A stretch of DNA of 29,006 nucleotides from a candidate division FCPU426 bacterium (GCA_963738405.1 CAVTWJ010000017.1:1-29006); one strand, 5' to 3'. Numbered from the stretch's first letter, positions 17,751 to 27,473 are shown. Translations and numbers: made by a program. Notes: generated by a model not told the origin, from the sequence alone.

Positions 17751-18485
17751 TTACCAGTTGGGACACCGACTTCTCAATTCAGTGTAATTTTCCGGACTGT
17801 CCAATTGATCCTGCCGCTGTTGAAGTTCCGTTTGAAAATCCTCAAACACTGGATCAACGACTTTCGTGATCATTTTTCCCAACCCCTCCTTGCCTTCATC
17901 CCAATTCAGCGTGGTGATGGGATGCGAATGGGTGGGTAGCCCGGTGGCGGCGGCCATGGCTTCCTGAATTTTTTCCTGGAACTCCTTGTAAACTTCCCGG
18001 TGGATTTCCACATGCTGTTTCTCATGGGCCAAAATCTGCTCGTACTGGCAGGACCCCTCGGGAAAGGCATTGGTGACATAGACATTCATCGTGTTGTAGG
18101 AAAATTCCACCGTCATCGAATCAATCCACATGACATACTCATCCGCAAACCACCGTTTGTAGCCCCCGCAATGGTATTCGGTGTTGGTCTCAAAACCCGC
18201 CTGAGTGAGACCTTCGATGTGATATTGAAGGTCTGCGAAGTTGCCCAATCCCATTTCAATGGCTTCAATTTGGGAAGTCGAATAATCATGGTTGATTACG
18301 GGCTCGTGGAAACCGTAAACATATCTCACAGGGGCCCCTTCGCCTCCATTATCGGAGCCCACGTAATCCCTGGGCCCTTGCTTGGAGCGGACTTCATTGG
18401 CCGTTTCATTCCAATCCCAGGCCATGTAGCCGAAGAAAGCCAGTAGCAGACACGCGAGGAAAAAGGCAAAATGCTTGATGTTCAT
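17751..18485 (-). CDS. Exported/membrane-anchored hypothetical protein with HExxH zincin motif (DUF922-like)
   Basis: N-terminal hydrophobic helix, GSCQYEQILAHEKQHVEI and C-terminal QLDSPENY...C. Confidence 0.7.
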   Translation of the reverse strand: MNIKHFAFFLACLLLAFFGYMAWDWNETANEVRSKQGPRDYVGSDNGGEGAPVRYVYGFHEPVINHDYSTSQIEAIEMGLGNFADLQYHIEGLTQAGFETNTEYHCGGYKRWFADEYVMWIDSMTVEFSYNTMNVYVTNAFPEGSCQYEQILAHEKQHVEIHREVYKEFQEKIQEAMAAATGLPTHSHPITTLNWDEGKEGLGKMITKVVDPVFEDFQTELQQRQDQLDSPENYTELRSRCPNW

Positions 18486-19482
18486 GAATGAGATCCCATC
18501 CCTTCCACCGCCGGGGGAGGAAACCATCCTCCAAACCCGTGTACCGCCCCAAGGGGACGGAAAGACCCTACTAGATTACCTTGCGGGCCGTTTCCGCTAC
18601 CAGTCCCTAGATTCCTGGAACAAGCTTATCCTCGAGGGCAAGGTCACCTTAAACGGGGCTCAAACCCACGCATCCCATGTCTTGACCAGGGGCGACAAAA
18701 TCGCTTATCGAGTGGTTCTAAGGGAACCCCGGGTTGAAAAAAATATCCGTATTCTTCACGAAGAAGAACCCTTTCTCGTTGTCGAAAAACCCGGAAACCT
18801 TCCCTCCCATGCGGATGGAACCTTTATCAAGAATACTTTCATTTATATCTTGACCCAAAACTTGCGGCAATCCGGGTGGAAGGGTGATGTAAAACTAGTT
18901 CATCGCCTGGACCGGGAAACCAGCGGCTTGATGGTGGTGGCCAAAGAAAAGGAAGCCCATCGAAATTTAGTTGAGCAATTCGAGATGGGGACCATTGAAA
19001 AAGAATACTTGGCCCTTGTTCGTGGCGTCGTTGAGAAGGATTCCTTCGAGGTCGCGGGCGCCATCGGCCGCTCTCCCACCAGCCAGGTTTCCATCCGCCG
19101 CCAGGTACTTCCCGACGGCACTCCTGGAGCTCAACCCTCCAAAACGCTTTTTGAGGCGGTTCAGCGATATAAAACCAGGACCCTCGTCCGGTGCCTTCCC
19201 AAAACGGGCCGAACGAATCAAATCAGGGTGCATTTAGATTTTGCCGGATTCCCCGTTCTCGGTGACAGGTTGTATGGACAAACCGACGCGGAATTTTTAA
19301 ATTTCGTCAAAACAGCTAAAGAAGGAAAGAATCTCCCTCCCACGCCGGGAGGCGCTCCCCGACTCATGTTACACGCGCACAAGCTGTCTTTTTCACACCC
19401 GATCACGGGTAAAAAAATCTCTTTTGAATCTCCCATGCCCTTAGATATGCGCGCATTCATGGACCGTTCGATCCAGACCTAG
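18484..19482 (+). CDS. RluA-family RNA pseudouridine synthase with S4 domain
   Basis: VVEKPGNLPSH, VHRLDRETSGL, KTGRTNQIRVH, GDRLYG and LHAHKL motifs. Start is 18475-18484, exact position uncertain. Confidence 0.93.
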   Translation: MNEIPSLPPPGEETILQTRVPPQGDGKTLLDYLAGRFRYQSLDSWNKLILEGKVTLNGAQTHASHVLTRGDKIAYRVVLREPRVEKNIRILHEEEPFLVVEKPGNLPSHADGTFIKNTFIYILTQNLRQSGWKGDVKLVHRLDRETSGLMVVAKEKEAHRNLVEQFEMGTIEKEYLALVRGVVEKDSFEVAGAIGRSPTSQVSIRRQVLPDGTPGAQPSKTLFEAVQRYKTRTLVRCLPKTGRTNQIRVHLDFAGFPVLGDRLYGQTDAEFLNFVKTAKEGKNLPPTPGGAPRLMLHAHKLSFSHPITGKKISFESPMPLDMRAFMDRSIQT

Positions 19483-20633
19483 AACCAATAGGTCAGTCCC
19501 AATCTCAATTCAAAACCCAAAAGTTCCATCAGCGCGTATCTTTCACCCGAGGAAGCGATATTCGATTGATCCACCAAATTCAACCCGCCACCCGAAGAGG
19601 TGACAAGGGCTCCGGTCCCGCTCGACGACAATTCAGGATTGGGACCACCTGTGGCGGTGTAGGCCCCTGTCATTTGAGGAATCGTCCCCAACTTAACTTT
19701 CCCGAGAAGCTCCAAACTCAAGCCCCCCATTTCAAAATCCTTCCCCAAAGCCACCGAGGCCCCCAAGGCGCTGCCGCCTCCCGAGGGCAGGCTCACAGCC
19801 TGTGAAACGGCGGCGGAATTATCCACCTCACTCTCGTAATAGGAAAAACTGAGAAAATAATAATCCACGCCAAAACGAGCGATCCAGGGCCCGTCCTTAT
19901 CAGGCGTCAAATAGGAATAATTGATTCCGAGGGTCAAAAGTTGGTTGGTAAGTTTCTGGGTGAAATGGTCCAAGGGATCGCCGTTATCGATGGAAAACCC
20001 ATAAACCGAAGCCAGCTCCAGATTCACGCTGAAGCAGTCATTCCGGTCGAGGCGGTACCCCGTTTCTATCCCCATTCCAACGTAAGGAAGATAGGTTTGA
20101 TTGTTGCTGCCGGGGCCCTGGGTGAGATTATTGATGTAGCGGTAACCCGCCGTTAGGTCGGTAAAGGCCGAATTCCCGAAAGTTCCGTAAACCTGAGCGA
20201 AGGCGGGCTTCATGAGTGATCCAGGGTTGACGATCGGCTTGGCGCTCATGCCTATGGATGAAACGGGTCGGGCCCCTTCACGGATGGGTTCAGCCGGGGC
20301 CATCGTTTGGCGAATTTTATCCGTGAAATTTTGGAGGGATGGATTATCGGGGTGGATTTTCAGGCTCTTTTCAAAAGCCGCCAGGGCCCCGGGCCGATTC
20401 CCTAACTGGTATTCGCATTGTCCCAGTGCCTGATAGGCCTGCCAAAAGGAGGGGTCGGCCAGGGCCGCCGACTGAAACAGGGTTTCCGCCTGCGCGTACT
20501 GGCCCTGGCGATAAAGGTCTAAACCTGTTCGATAGTCCTTCCGTTCATCTACGGCAAAAGCGTGGGTCGTCAGAAGATAAAGTAACACGCCCAAACAGTG
20601 GAGGGGCCGCTGCGAAGGATAACGAGTGGGCAT
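19479..20633 (-). CDS. Secreted TPR protein with predicted C-terminal outer-membrane beta-barrel
   Basis: Signal peptide ending THAFA, TPRs (GLDLYRQGQYAQAE, WQAYQALGQCEYQLG), alternating beta strands and C-terminal LRLGLTYWF. Start uncertain (20633-20708). Confidence 0.75.
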   Translation of the reverse strand: MPTRYPSQRPLHCLGVLLYLLTTHAFAVDERKDYRTGLDLYRQGQYAQAETLFQSAALADPSFWQAYQALGQCEYQLGNRPGALAAFEKSLKIHPDNPSLQNFTDKIRQTMAPAEPIREGARPVSSIGMSAKPIVNPGSLMKPAFAQVYGTFGNSAFTDLTAGYRYINNLTQGPGSNNQTYLPYVGMGIETGYRLDRNDCFSVNLELASVYGFSIDNGDPLDHFTQKLTNQLLTLGINYSYLTPDKDGPWIARFGVDYYFLSFSYYESEVDNSAAVSQAVSLPSGGGSALGASVALGKDFEMGGLSLELLGKVKLGTIPQMTGAYTATGGPNPELSSSGTGALVTSSGGGLNLVDQSNIASSGERYALMELLGFELRLGLTYWF

Positions 20634-20685
20634 AAGTGAAAAGAAACATCCTTCCCGTATCATCAGGCCTATCGATACCAGCCGA

Positions 20686-21396
20686 TCAATAAAATTTACG
20701 TTTTTCATCCCAAAGCGCCAAGCCGCCTAAGATTCCAGCGTCGTTGGAAACGATTTTGACGTTTTTAGGAAGCTTGAAGCGGATATCCTTCGAATTACCC
20801 CCGCCCAAATAGAGCCGGTCATAATTGATAAGAGTTTCAAGAAAAAACAGAGCCTTTTGTAGTCGCTTATTCCATTTCTTATGTCCCTTTTTCTTCAAAA
20901 CCTTGTCGCCGATATATTGATTATAGGTTTTATCCTTCACGACCGGATGTTGGGCCAGTTCCAGGTGGGCCATGAGTTCCCCGTCCCGGTACAAGGCCGT
21001 TCCAACGCCGGTTCCAAGGGTTACCACCATTTCCAGACCCTTGCCCGAAATAACAGCAAGTCCCTGCATATCGGCGTCGTTCAAGATGCGTGTGGGTTTT
21101 CCCCATTCTTTTTCCAGGGCCTTGGCCAGGGGAAACCGAAACCAAGTTTGGTTATCAAGGTTGGGCGCGGTTAGGACCACGCCGTCGCGAACCACGCCGG
21201 GGAATCCCACCGAAACCCTGTCAAAGGAAGGAAGGTTTTTAACCAGTTTGGAAAGACTTTTAATGAGAAGAGGGGGAGGACAGGGGTGTGGGGTTTCAAC
21301 CCGAAGTCTTTCAACCAACATTTTTCCTGCGGGGTCCAAAACGGAAGCTTTAAGCCCGGTGCCTCCGACATCAATCGAAAGGGTGTTCAATCCCAT
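20686..21396 (-). CDS. ppgK: ROK-family polyphosphate glucokinase (cyanobacterial-like)
   Basis: SIDVGGTGLKA, VSVGFPGVV, LNDADMQG, TLGTGVGTAL, ELAQHP, KKWNKRL and LYLGGGN motifs. No ROK Cys-rich zinc motif. Confidence 0.8.
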   Translation of the reverse strand: MGLNTLSIDVGGTGLKASVLDPAGKMLVERLRVETPHPCPPPLLIKSLSKLVKNLPSFDRVSVGFPGVVRDGVVLTAPNLDNQTWFRFPLAKALEKEWGKPTRILNDADMQGLAVISGKGLEMVVTLGTGVGTALYRDGELMAHLELAQHPVVKDKTYNQYIGDKVLKKKGHKKWNKRLQKALFFLETLINYDRLYLGGGNSKDIRFKLPKNVKIVSNDAGILGGLALWDEKRKFY

Positions 21397-21471
21397 AGGG
21401 CCTCTTCGGAAAAAATAATTCTGTCAAACCCGAGTATAGGCCCGCAAAAAGTTTGTTAAAACAAAATATTT

Positions 21472-21831
21472 CTAGAGATAAAAGGCAATGGGTTGAACGG
21501 GTCCCCGGGCAGGAGACTGAGACTTTGACTGAACCGAGTTTCCTTTTAACATTAACCGAAACCGAGATGAGGCCTTCTGGGGCCGAGCTTGGCCATAACG
21601 AGAAGACCCTTTCAAATCCGAAGGCGCCTTCATGGCCAGGGTATTAATAAAGCTTTCTTTCGCCTTAACCATTCGATTTGTTTCTTCCCCAAATGATGAC
21701 CCTTTAGGATTCAAAAAGAGGCATATTTTTTCGTTCAAAAAAGGAATCTTGGAAAAGTCAGGTCCTAAATGCCCCGCCAGGACGATGAGAAGATAAACGC
21801 AAACCCCAAGCCAAAATTCTTCACGTTTCAT
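21472..21831 (-). CDS. Hypothetical 119-aa protein with N-terminal hydrophobic segment
   Basis: RBS AAGGGG before ATG, FWLGVCVYLLIVLAG segment, fills the gap between genes. No recognisable family. Confidence 0.45.
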   Translation of the reverse strand: MKREEFWLGVCVYLLIVLAGHLGPDFSKIPFLNEKICLFLNPKGSSFGEETNRMVKAKESFINTLAMKAPSDLKGSSRYGQARPQKASSRFRLMLKGNSVQSKSQSPARGPVQPIAFYL

Positions 21832-22083
21832 CTAGACCCCCTTCATTCTTTTGGGTGGTGCCTGAATCCCATTTCTATGTTTCTGGGTATCGGTTCTTTG
21901 GACGCACAGAGGCTCAAAAGAGGCCGCCATCCGGGGGAATATTCCGTCCATCCAGCCTTGACAGGTCGTTCAATAAATTAAATCCAACCTGATTCTTGTC
22001 ATGATGGCACTTATCAAACATCTTTAGAATTCCCATTGGTTTTTCACACCCTTTGGGCCTATCCCACCGCAAAAGGACAAGAC

Positions 22084-23376
22084 ATGAGCACAAACTATCG
22101 TTTCGATCTGACACAAAAGGACATTCCCACCCATTGGTACAACCTTCTCCCCGACTTTCCTGTCCCGCTTCCCCCTCCCCTCCATCCCGGAACCAAGGAA
22201 CCCGTGACGCCCGATTTGATGACGGCCATCTTTCCCTTGAACCTTGTCATGCAAGAAATGAGCACTGAAAGCCGAATTCCCATCCCTGAAGAGGTCCGGG
22301 ATATTTACACCCTATGGCGCCCCACTCCCCTGTTAAGAGCCGTTCGACTGGAAAAGGCGCTGGATACCCCCGCCCATATCTATTACAAGTATGAAGGCGT
22401 TTCCCCAGCCGGTTCGCACAAACTCAACACGGCTGTTCCACAAGCTTATTTCAACAAGCAAGCGGGTACCAAACACCTCGTGACCGAGACCGGCGCCGGG
22501 CAATGGGGTTCCTCCCTGGCAATGGCCTGCAAGCTCTTCGGCCTCGATTGCAAGGTTTTCATGGTTCGCGTGAGCTTCCATCAAAAGCCCTACCGTAAAT
22601 TGATGATGCAAACCTGGGGGGCCACGGTTTACCCCTCCCCCAGCCACGAGACCGAATTTGGACGGAAGAAACTTCACGAGGATTCGGATTGCCCCGGAAG
22701 CCTGGGAATCGCAATCTCGGAAGCGATCGAAACGACAGTCAAAACCCCCGACGCCAAATACTCTCTGGGGTCCGTCCTCAACCATGTCTGCCTGCATCAG
22801 ACCGTCATCGGGCTTGAATCCCTGAAACAAATGGAATTGGCGGGAGAGTACCCGGATGTGGTGATTGGCTGCGCGGGTGGAGGTTCGAACTTTTCGGGGA
22901 TCGCTTTCCCCTTTGTTGAGCAGAACCTGAAAAAAGGAAAGAAAACCCGCATCGTGGCCGTGGAGCCCTCTTCCTGCCCCTCCCTCACCCAAGGCGAATA
23001 CCGCTACGACTTCGGCGATACAGCCGGTATGACCCCCTTAATGAAAATGTACACGCTTGGTAATCAATTCATGCCCCCCGCCATACACGCCGGAGGCTTG
23101 CGCTATCACGGCATGGCCCCGACGGTCAGCCATCTCTTCCATCAGAAACTGATCGAGGCCGCAGCGGTTCCCCAGGAAGAGGTTTTCGAGGCCGCGCTTA
23201 AATTTGCAGGAACAGAAGGCATTATCCCGGCCCCCGAATCCTCCCACGCCATTGCCAGGGCGATTTCGGAAGCAGAGCAGGCCAAAAAAGAAGGGAAAAA
23301 GAAGGTCATTCTCTTTAATCTTTCAGGACACGGCATGCTGGATTTAACTGCCTATGATGAATATATGAACGGATGA
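22084..23376 (+). CDS. trpB2: TrpB2 (stand-alone tryptophan synthase beta-like PLP enzyme)
   Basis: [32 protein letters not shown] (PLP Lys), [28 protein letters not shown] and FNLSGHG motifs. RBS AAGGA before ATG at 22084. Confidence 0.95.
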   Translation: MSTNYRFDLTQKDIPTHWYNLLPDFPVPLPPPLHPGTKEPVTPDLMTAIFPLNLVMQEMSTESRIPIPEEVRDIYTLWRPTPLLRAVRLEKALDTPAHIYYKYEGVSPAGSHKLNTAVPQAYFNKQAGTKHLVTETGAGQWGSSLAMACKLFGLDCKVFMVRVSFHQKPYRKLMMQTWGATVYPSPSHETEFGRKKLHEDSDCPGSLGIAISEAIETTVKTPDAKYSLGSVLNHVCLHQTVIGLESLKQMELAGEYPDVVIGCAGGGSNFSGIAFPFVEQNLKKGKKTRIVAVEPSSCPSLTQGEYRYDFGDTAGMTPLMKMYTLGNQFMPPAIHAGGLRYHGMAPTVSHLFHQKLIEAAAVPQEEVFEAALKFAGTEGIIPAPESSHAIARAISEAEQAKKEGKKKVILFNLSGHGMLDLTAYDEYMNG

Positions 23377-23407
23377 GTTAATGGGAAGCGATTGATTTTT
23401 TATATTT

Positions 23408-23857
23408 TTAATAGCTGAAATGCAAAACAACTAAACCCAACACCAACCACACCAACGAAAGGGCGATGGAACCTTTTCTTTCGTTCGAATCTTTGGTGTA
23501 TCTGATTGCGGAAAGTCCAAATATCAAACAGGACAACCCCATCATCAGGGCCAGTTTGTAACCGCAATGCTTATAACATTCTAAAATGGTTTCATGACGG
23601 GCAAGCCCCACCAAGCACCCAAAAAAGAGTAAACACAAAAACGAAGTCCGCAGGGTGTAGGTTAGATTTTTGAAATATATTAAGCAGATGACCTCCCCCA
23701 GGATCATTTGAGGGATGATGACCCCGGGAACCCAGGGTAGGATCCAATGATGGTGAACGTTTTTCAAGAAAACATACTGCATCGCGATGATAAACAAGAC
23801 GAGGTTGAGAGCAATCACCCCGAAGGCGGTGTAAACCTTTCCTCGATCCCAATTCAA
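23408..23857 (-). CDS. Hypothetical integral membrane protein (about 5 TM)
   Basis: RBS AAAGGGGG before TTG and several hydrophobic helices. Confidence 0.7.
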   Translation of the reverse strand: MNWDRGKVYTAFGVIALNLVLFIIAMQYVFLKNVHHHWILPWVPGVIIPQMILGEVICLIYFKNLTYTLRTSFLCLLFFGCLVGLARHETILECYKHCGYKLALMMGLSCLIFGLSAIRYTKDSNERKGSIALSLVWLVLGLVVLHFSY

Positions 23858-23901
23858 AGATGCCCCCTTTCAGTGCGACTTATTTTAGACTGAAAGTGGG
23901 A

Positions 23902-25176
23902 TTAAGAGGCTCCCGGAAGCTGCTTGAGGTACTGAGTATTAATATCCACACATAAAACCCTCATCGAATCGTCTAGGCCTTTAAATACACGTCCAAAAGT
24001 AACGCAAAGGTTTCCTGTGGAATTGGAAAGATAGGGATCACTGACATAGGTTGTTTTTTTCAATCCCCCGCCGATCAGCATGTAGTAATAATCTCGGAGG
24101 GAATGATCCGCGCCCCTCTCGCGGGGGCGAAATACAATCCTGTTTTTTGACCCTAAAACGCCCTCGCCTATGACTGTATCCGTCATTTGGATACCCGCTT
24201 CATCCAGAACATAAACCGACTCTACTTGGGGGAAATAATGAATCAATTCATACATTTTCTGATCGTAAGCAGTTGGGGGAATTTGCGAGAGTTCAGTTTG
24301 AATGTCGCGGGTCAAAAGCTCATATTTCCTTAAATTAAACCTTTTGACATTAAGCTTCTCGTAGATGCCTTCCCTAAAATCCTTCCAAAGCTCCTGCAAC
24401 GGCACCTGGATCGCCTCATCATCAAGCTGATCAAAACGATGGGGTCTGGCGAAATAGAAACCCTGAACAAGATCAACTCCCATTTCCATGATGCTGAGCG
24501 CCTCTTCTTTTGTTTCGATTCCTTCGGCGATTACGAGGGCGCCAATCTGGCCCGCCAGCCGAACCAGGGATTTGAAGACTTCTTGTTTATAAAAATCGTT
24601 CTGTATCCCACGAATAAGGTACAAGTCAATCTTAAGAATATCGGGGCGGATGAGCGGGATTCGGTTGAGATTAGAATGGCCTGATCCAACGTCGTCTAGG
24701 GCGATCAAAAATCCATAGCCGCGGTAGGTTCGCACAAAATTTTGCAATTCCTTAATATCTTCTACTTGGGACTCGATAATCTCTAATGCGATGTTTTCAG
24801 GTTTAAGGCCTAAAGAAGTTACTTGTTGAATAATATTTCCAGAACCTACGACACCTTGGTCAATAACCGAAGACTCAAAGTTAAGCGAAAGAAAACATTC
24901 CGGCCTCACCGCCTGAATGTTCTTGAAATATTCTAAGGATTTTTTTCGGCAGACTCGGTCGAGTTCCAAAGACAGATTTTCTCGGCTCGCCTTTCCAAAA
25001 AGATTGGCTGGAGAAAGCGTTTCACGGCTGATGGGATGAACCCCTCGAGCTAGACTTTCGTATCCCACAATGGCTTTTCGACCCACCGAAATGATGGGTT
25101 GAAAGTGCGGGAAAACAAATTCGCCATCAAGAACATCCCGGAGATTAAAAGAAGGAACAGGCATTGGGGTGGGCAT
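23902..25176 (-). CDS. EAL-domain c-di-GMP phosphodiesterase with C-terminal Cache/PAS-like (YkuI-type) domain
   Basis: FQPI, YESLAR, SLNF, LEIIE, IALDDVGSGHSNL, LKID, AEGIE and QGFYF motifs. C-terminal YVSDPYLSNSTGNLCVT. Confidence 0.92.
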   Translation of the reverse strand: MPTPMPVPSFNLRDVLDGEFVFPHFQPIISVGRKAIVGYESLARGVHPISRETLSPANLFGKASRENLSLELDRVCRKKSLEYFKNIQAVRPECFLSLNFESSVIDQGVVGSGNIIQQVTSLGLKPENIALEIIESQVEDIKELQNFVRTYRGYGFLIALDDVGSGHSNLNRIPLIRPDILKIDLYLIRGIQNDFYKQEVFKSLVRLAGQIGALVIAEGIETKEEALSIMEMGVDLVQGFYFARPHRFDQLDDEAIQVPLQELWKDFREGIYEKLNVKRFNLRKYELLTRDIQTELSQIPPTAYDQKMYELIHYFPQVESVYVLDEAGIQMTDTVIGEGVLGSKNRIVFRPRERGADHSLRDYYYMLIGGGLKKTTYVSDPYLSNSTGNLCVTFGRVFKGLDDSMRVLCVDINTQYLKQLPGAS

Positions 25177-25234
25177 GGTTACCTTTTTCAGATTTGGTCA
25201 TAGACAGAAGAATCAAAAGATTGAAAAAAGAGTA

Positions 25235-25249
25235 TCAACTTTCGTGCCA
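25235..25249 (-). promoter_or_regulatory. Sigma-54-like promoter for the intact EAL gene
   Basis: Minus strand TGGCAC-GAAAG-TTGA, one mismatch at the -12 C. Confidence 0.55.
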
Positions 25250-25516
25250 CACGGTTTAAAAATACATACCAAACACCCAAGGGTTATCAAATTCTTTCCG
25301 CCAAAGGTTCCAAATAGGTAAATTTTAACCGTGCGGCCATCCGCTGCCAAAACTTACGACTTTCAAATCACTCCGATGATGACAAAAACGTAGTTCTCAA
25401 TACTTTTTTTGCAACACAGCTTCTCAATTAAATTCCCATTTTGGGTAAGGCTTACGCTTTCTAGCTTAACAGGACACAAATTGGACTATTTTTTCCCGGG
25501 ACCCAAAAACATCTTT

Positions 25517-25531
25517 TGGCATAAGGGTTGC
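25517..25531 (+). promoter_or_regulatory. Sigma-54 promoter for the degenerate EAL gene
   Basis: TGGCAT-AAGGG-TTGC, 33 nt upstream of ATG, with RBS GAGG. Confidence 0.7.
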
Positions 25532-25563
25532 TTGAATAAGCATAAAAATTAGCGAGGTAACCG

Positions 25564-26823
25564 ATGGAAATACTTTCCGCTCCCAACCCTGTCCCTTTTG
25601 ATCTGCCAACCCTTCTCGAACAACAAAGCGTAGCGGCCTTTTATCAACCTATCGTTTCCATCAAAAAAGGTTCAGTGGTCGGGTTGGAAACCCTGGGAAG
25701 GGGCGTGGATCCGGAAGGCCGCCAACTCATTGAGCCTGAAACTCTTTTCCAGGCCTCTGGCCCCCTCAACAAAAGCCTGGATTTGGACCGCCTTCTGCGG
25801 CACAAGGGTTTGGAAGGCTTCAAGGAAATTCAAGCCAAGATGCCAGGTCTCGTTTTATTCCTCTCCCTGGAAACCTCGGTTTTGACCCGGGAAGTGGTTG
25901 GAAGCGGCCATCTTTTGGACAAGGTACAAGCCTTGGGGCTGGCTCCCAACAGCATCGTTATTGAATTGTCCCGTTCCTCTGCGGCCGATTCGGATGCCGT
26001 TAAAAAGTTTGTCGATTTCTACCGGAACGCCAATTTCCTGATCAGCCTGAAAGATTTGGATGAAAGTCGGGCAAGTTTGGACCGAATTTTCCATTTAAAC
26101 CCTGACGTCCTCAAAACCGCTCCTTCCATGACTTCCGCCCTGTCCAAGGATTCATATAAGAGAGATTGTCTCCGCTCCCTAGTGAGTCTTAGTCACCGCA
26201 TGGGCGGCTTGATCGTGGCGAACGGCATTGAAAACGAGGAGGACGCCTTAGCGGCCCTGGAACTGGGCGTGGACATGCTGCAGGGTGGGTATTTTTCAAA
26301 ACATCAAAGGACCGAAAACTCGACGACCCTGGGCCTTAAGGCTCGAATCGTCTTCCTGGGCGCCAGGTTCAAGCGTCAATTAAACGAGAGGTTCAAGCGG
26401 GACAAGGACCGCAAGGCCCATTACGAGAAAATAGCGGGCGAAATCACCGCCCAATGGATGGATGTCGCCGAGGACAAGCTGGAATCCAAGTTCGCCGAAA
26501 TCTTGAAATCCTATCCCCAGTTGGAATGTCTTTACCTTTTAAACCAAGACGGGATTCAAGTGACCGAAACGGTTTTGAATTCACGCAAATTTTCCGACCG
26601 GAAGAAATATCTTTTCCAGCCCGCGCCCAAGGGAACCGACCACTCCCTGAAAGATTATTACTATTCGTTGGTTTACAATAATTTGGAGCGCTATTTCACC
26701 GAGCCCTATGTCTCACTGGCCTCGGGAAACCCCTGCGTTACCGCCGCCTTGCTGTTAAAGGGTTCGGCGGAAAAAAAACCGCACATTCTCTGCCTGGATA
26801 TCGATGTGACAAAAATGGTTTAA
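25564..26823 (+). CDS. Degenerate EAL-domain protein with C-terminal Cache/PAS-like domain (probably catalytically inactive)
   Basis: YQPI and ETLGR are retained, but FLSL (N lost), KDLDES (for DDxGxG), LKTA and ANGIE (catalytic Glu to Asn) are degenerate. C-terminal FTEPYVSLASGNPCVT. Confidence 0.88.
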   Translation: MEILSAPNPVPFDLPTLLEQQSVAAFYQPIVSIKKGSVVGLETLGRGVDPEGRQLIEPETLFQASGPLNKSLDLDRLLRHKGLEGFKEIQAKMPGLVLFLSLETSVLTREVVGSGHLLDKVQALGLAPNSIVIELSRSSAADSDAVKKFVDFYRNANFLISLKDLDESRASLDRIFHLNPDVLKTAPSMTSALSKDSYKRDCLRSLVSLSHRMGGLIVANGIENEEDALAALELGVDMLQGGYFSKHQRTENSTTLGLKARIVFLGARFKRQLNERFKRDKDRKAHYEKIAGEITAQWMDVAEDKLESKFAEILKSYPQLECLYLLNQDGIQVTETVLNSRKFSDRKKYLFQPAPKGTDHSLKDYYYSLVYNNLERYFTEPYVSLASGNPCVTAALLLKGSAEKKPHILCLDIDVTKMV

Positions 26824-26838
26824 ACCCTCCGGAATCTC

Positions 26839-27342
26839 TTAACCGCCCCAGGAAAACCCGTAGCCCGACAGCTTCCACCCAAACCATCCATCGCGCTGAA
26901 AAATCAGCGTCAGCTTGTTATCCGGGGTTTGAACCTGGGTCTTGTAAATATCAATGGCGTAAACATCCGGACCCGTAAAATGCTTGTCGATGGGATGGGG
27001 CGTCTTGTCATCCGTAGAATCGGGCGGGTTCATTCCAGGCTCCAGATAAACCCCTTTCATTATCAGAAGGATATTATTGGGCGTCACATATGAATCGACG
27101 ATCGATTGAATTTGGTCAGGGCCAAGATTGCCGGAAGGGTTGTCCGTTTTATTGAACCGCAGTTTCACGAAATCCCCCGCGTTTTTCTTGAGCGCCGGAA
27201 TATCCATAAAAGGTGAAAGCGTCTCGGGTTTACCGCTGTCCACTGCGGCTTGAAAATCATCCATCACCGGATTCACACAGTAAAAGTACCAACCCACCAG
27301 CCCGCCCACCGCCAAAAGAAACAAGGCAAGAAATAGTTTCAC
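26839..27342 (-). CDS. DUF2939-like membrane-anchored protein
   Basis: N-terminal TM, MDIPALK and C-terminal FQRDGWFGWKLS. GTG start follows AAGGGGG. Confidence 0.65.
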   Translation of the reverse strand: MKLFLALFLLAVGGLVGWYFYCVNPVMDDFQAAVDSGKPETLSPFMDIPALKKNAGDFVKLRFNKTDNPSGNLGPDQIQSIVDSYVTPNNILLIMKGVYLEPGMNPPDSTDDKTPHPIDKHFTGPDVYAIDIYKTQVQTPDNKLTLIFQRDGWFGWKLSGYGFSWGG

Positions 27343-27473
27343 AAGCCCCCCTTTTTGCTTTTGCTATTTCACCAGGATGATCCGCTATCATCCCAAAAAT
27401 CAATCACGTTCCCCTTGCCAGGTTTTTCCTACCAAGTTCCAAAGTTGATCCAGCCCCGATCCGCCCCCATCCC

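Noticed and set aside
21832..22083. T-box or Trp attenuator before trpB2
   Set aside because: No T-box consensus, no convincing Trp-rich leader with an RBS, and no terminator are visible.
25340..25395. TG(C/A)CAAAA repeats as enhancer-binding sites between the EAL genes
   Set aside because: They are too degenerate to distinguish from AT-rich background without comparative data.
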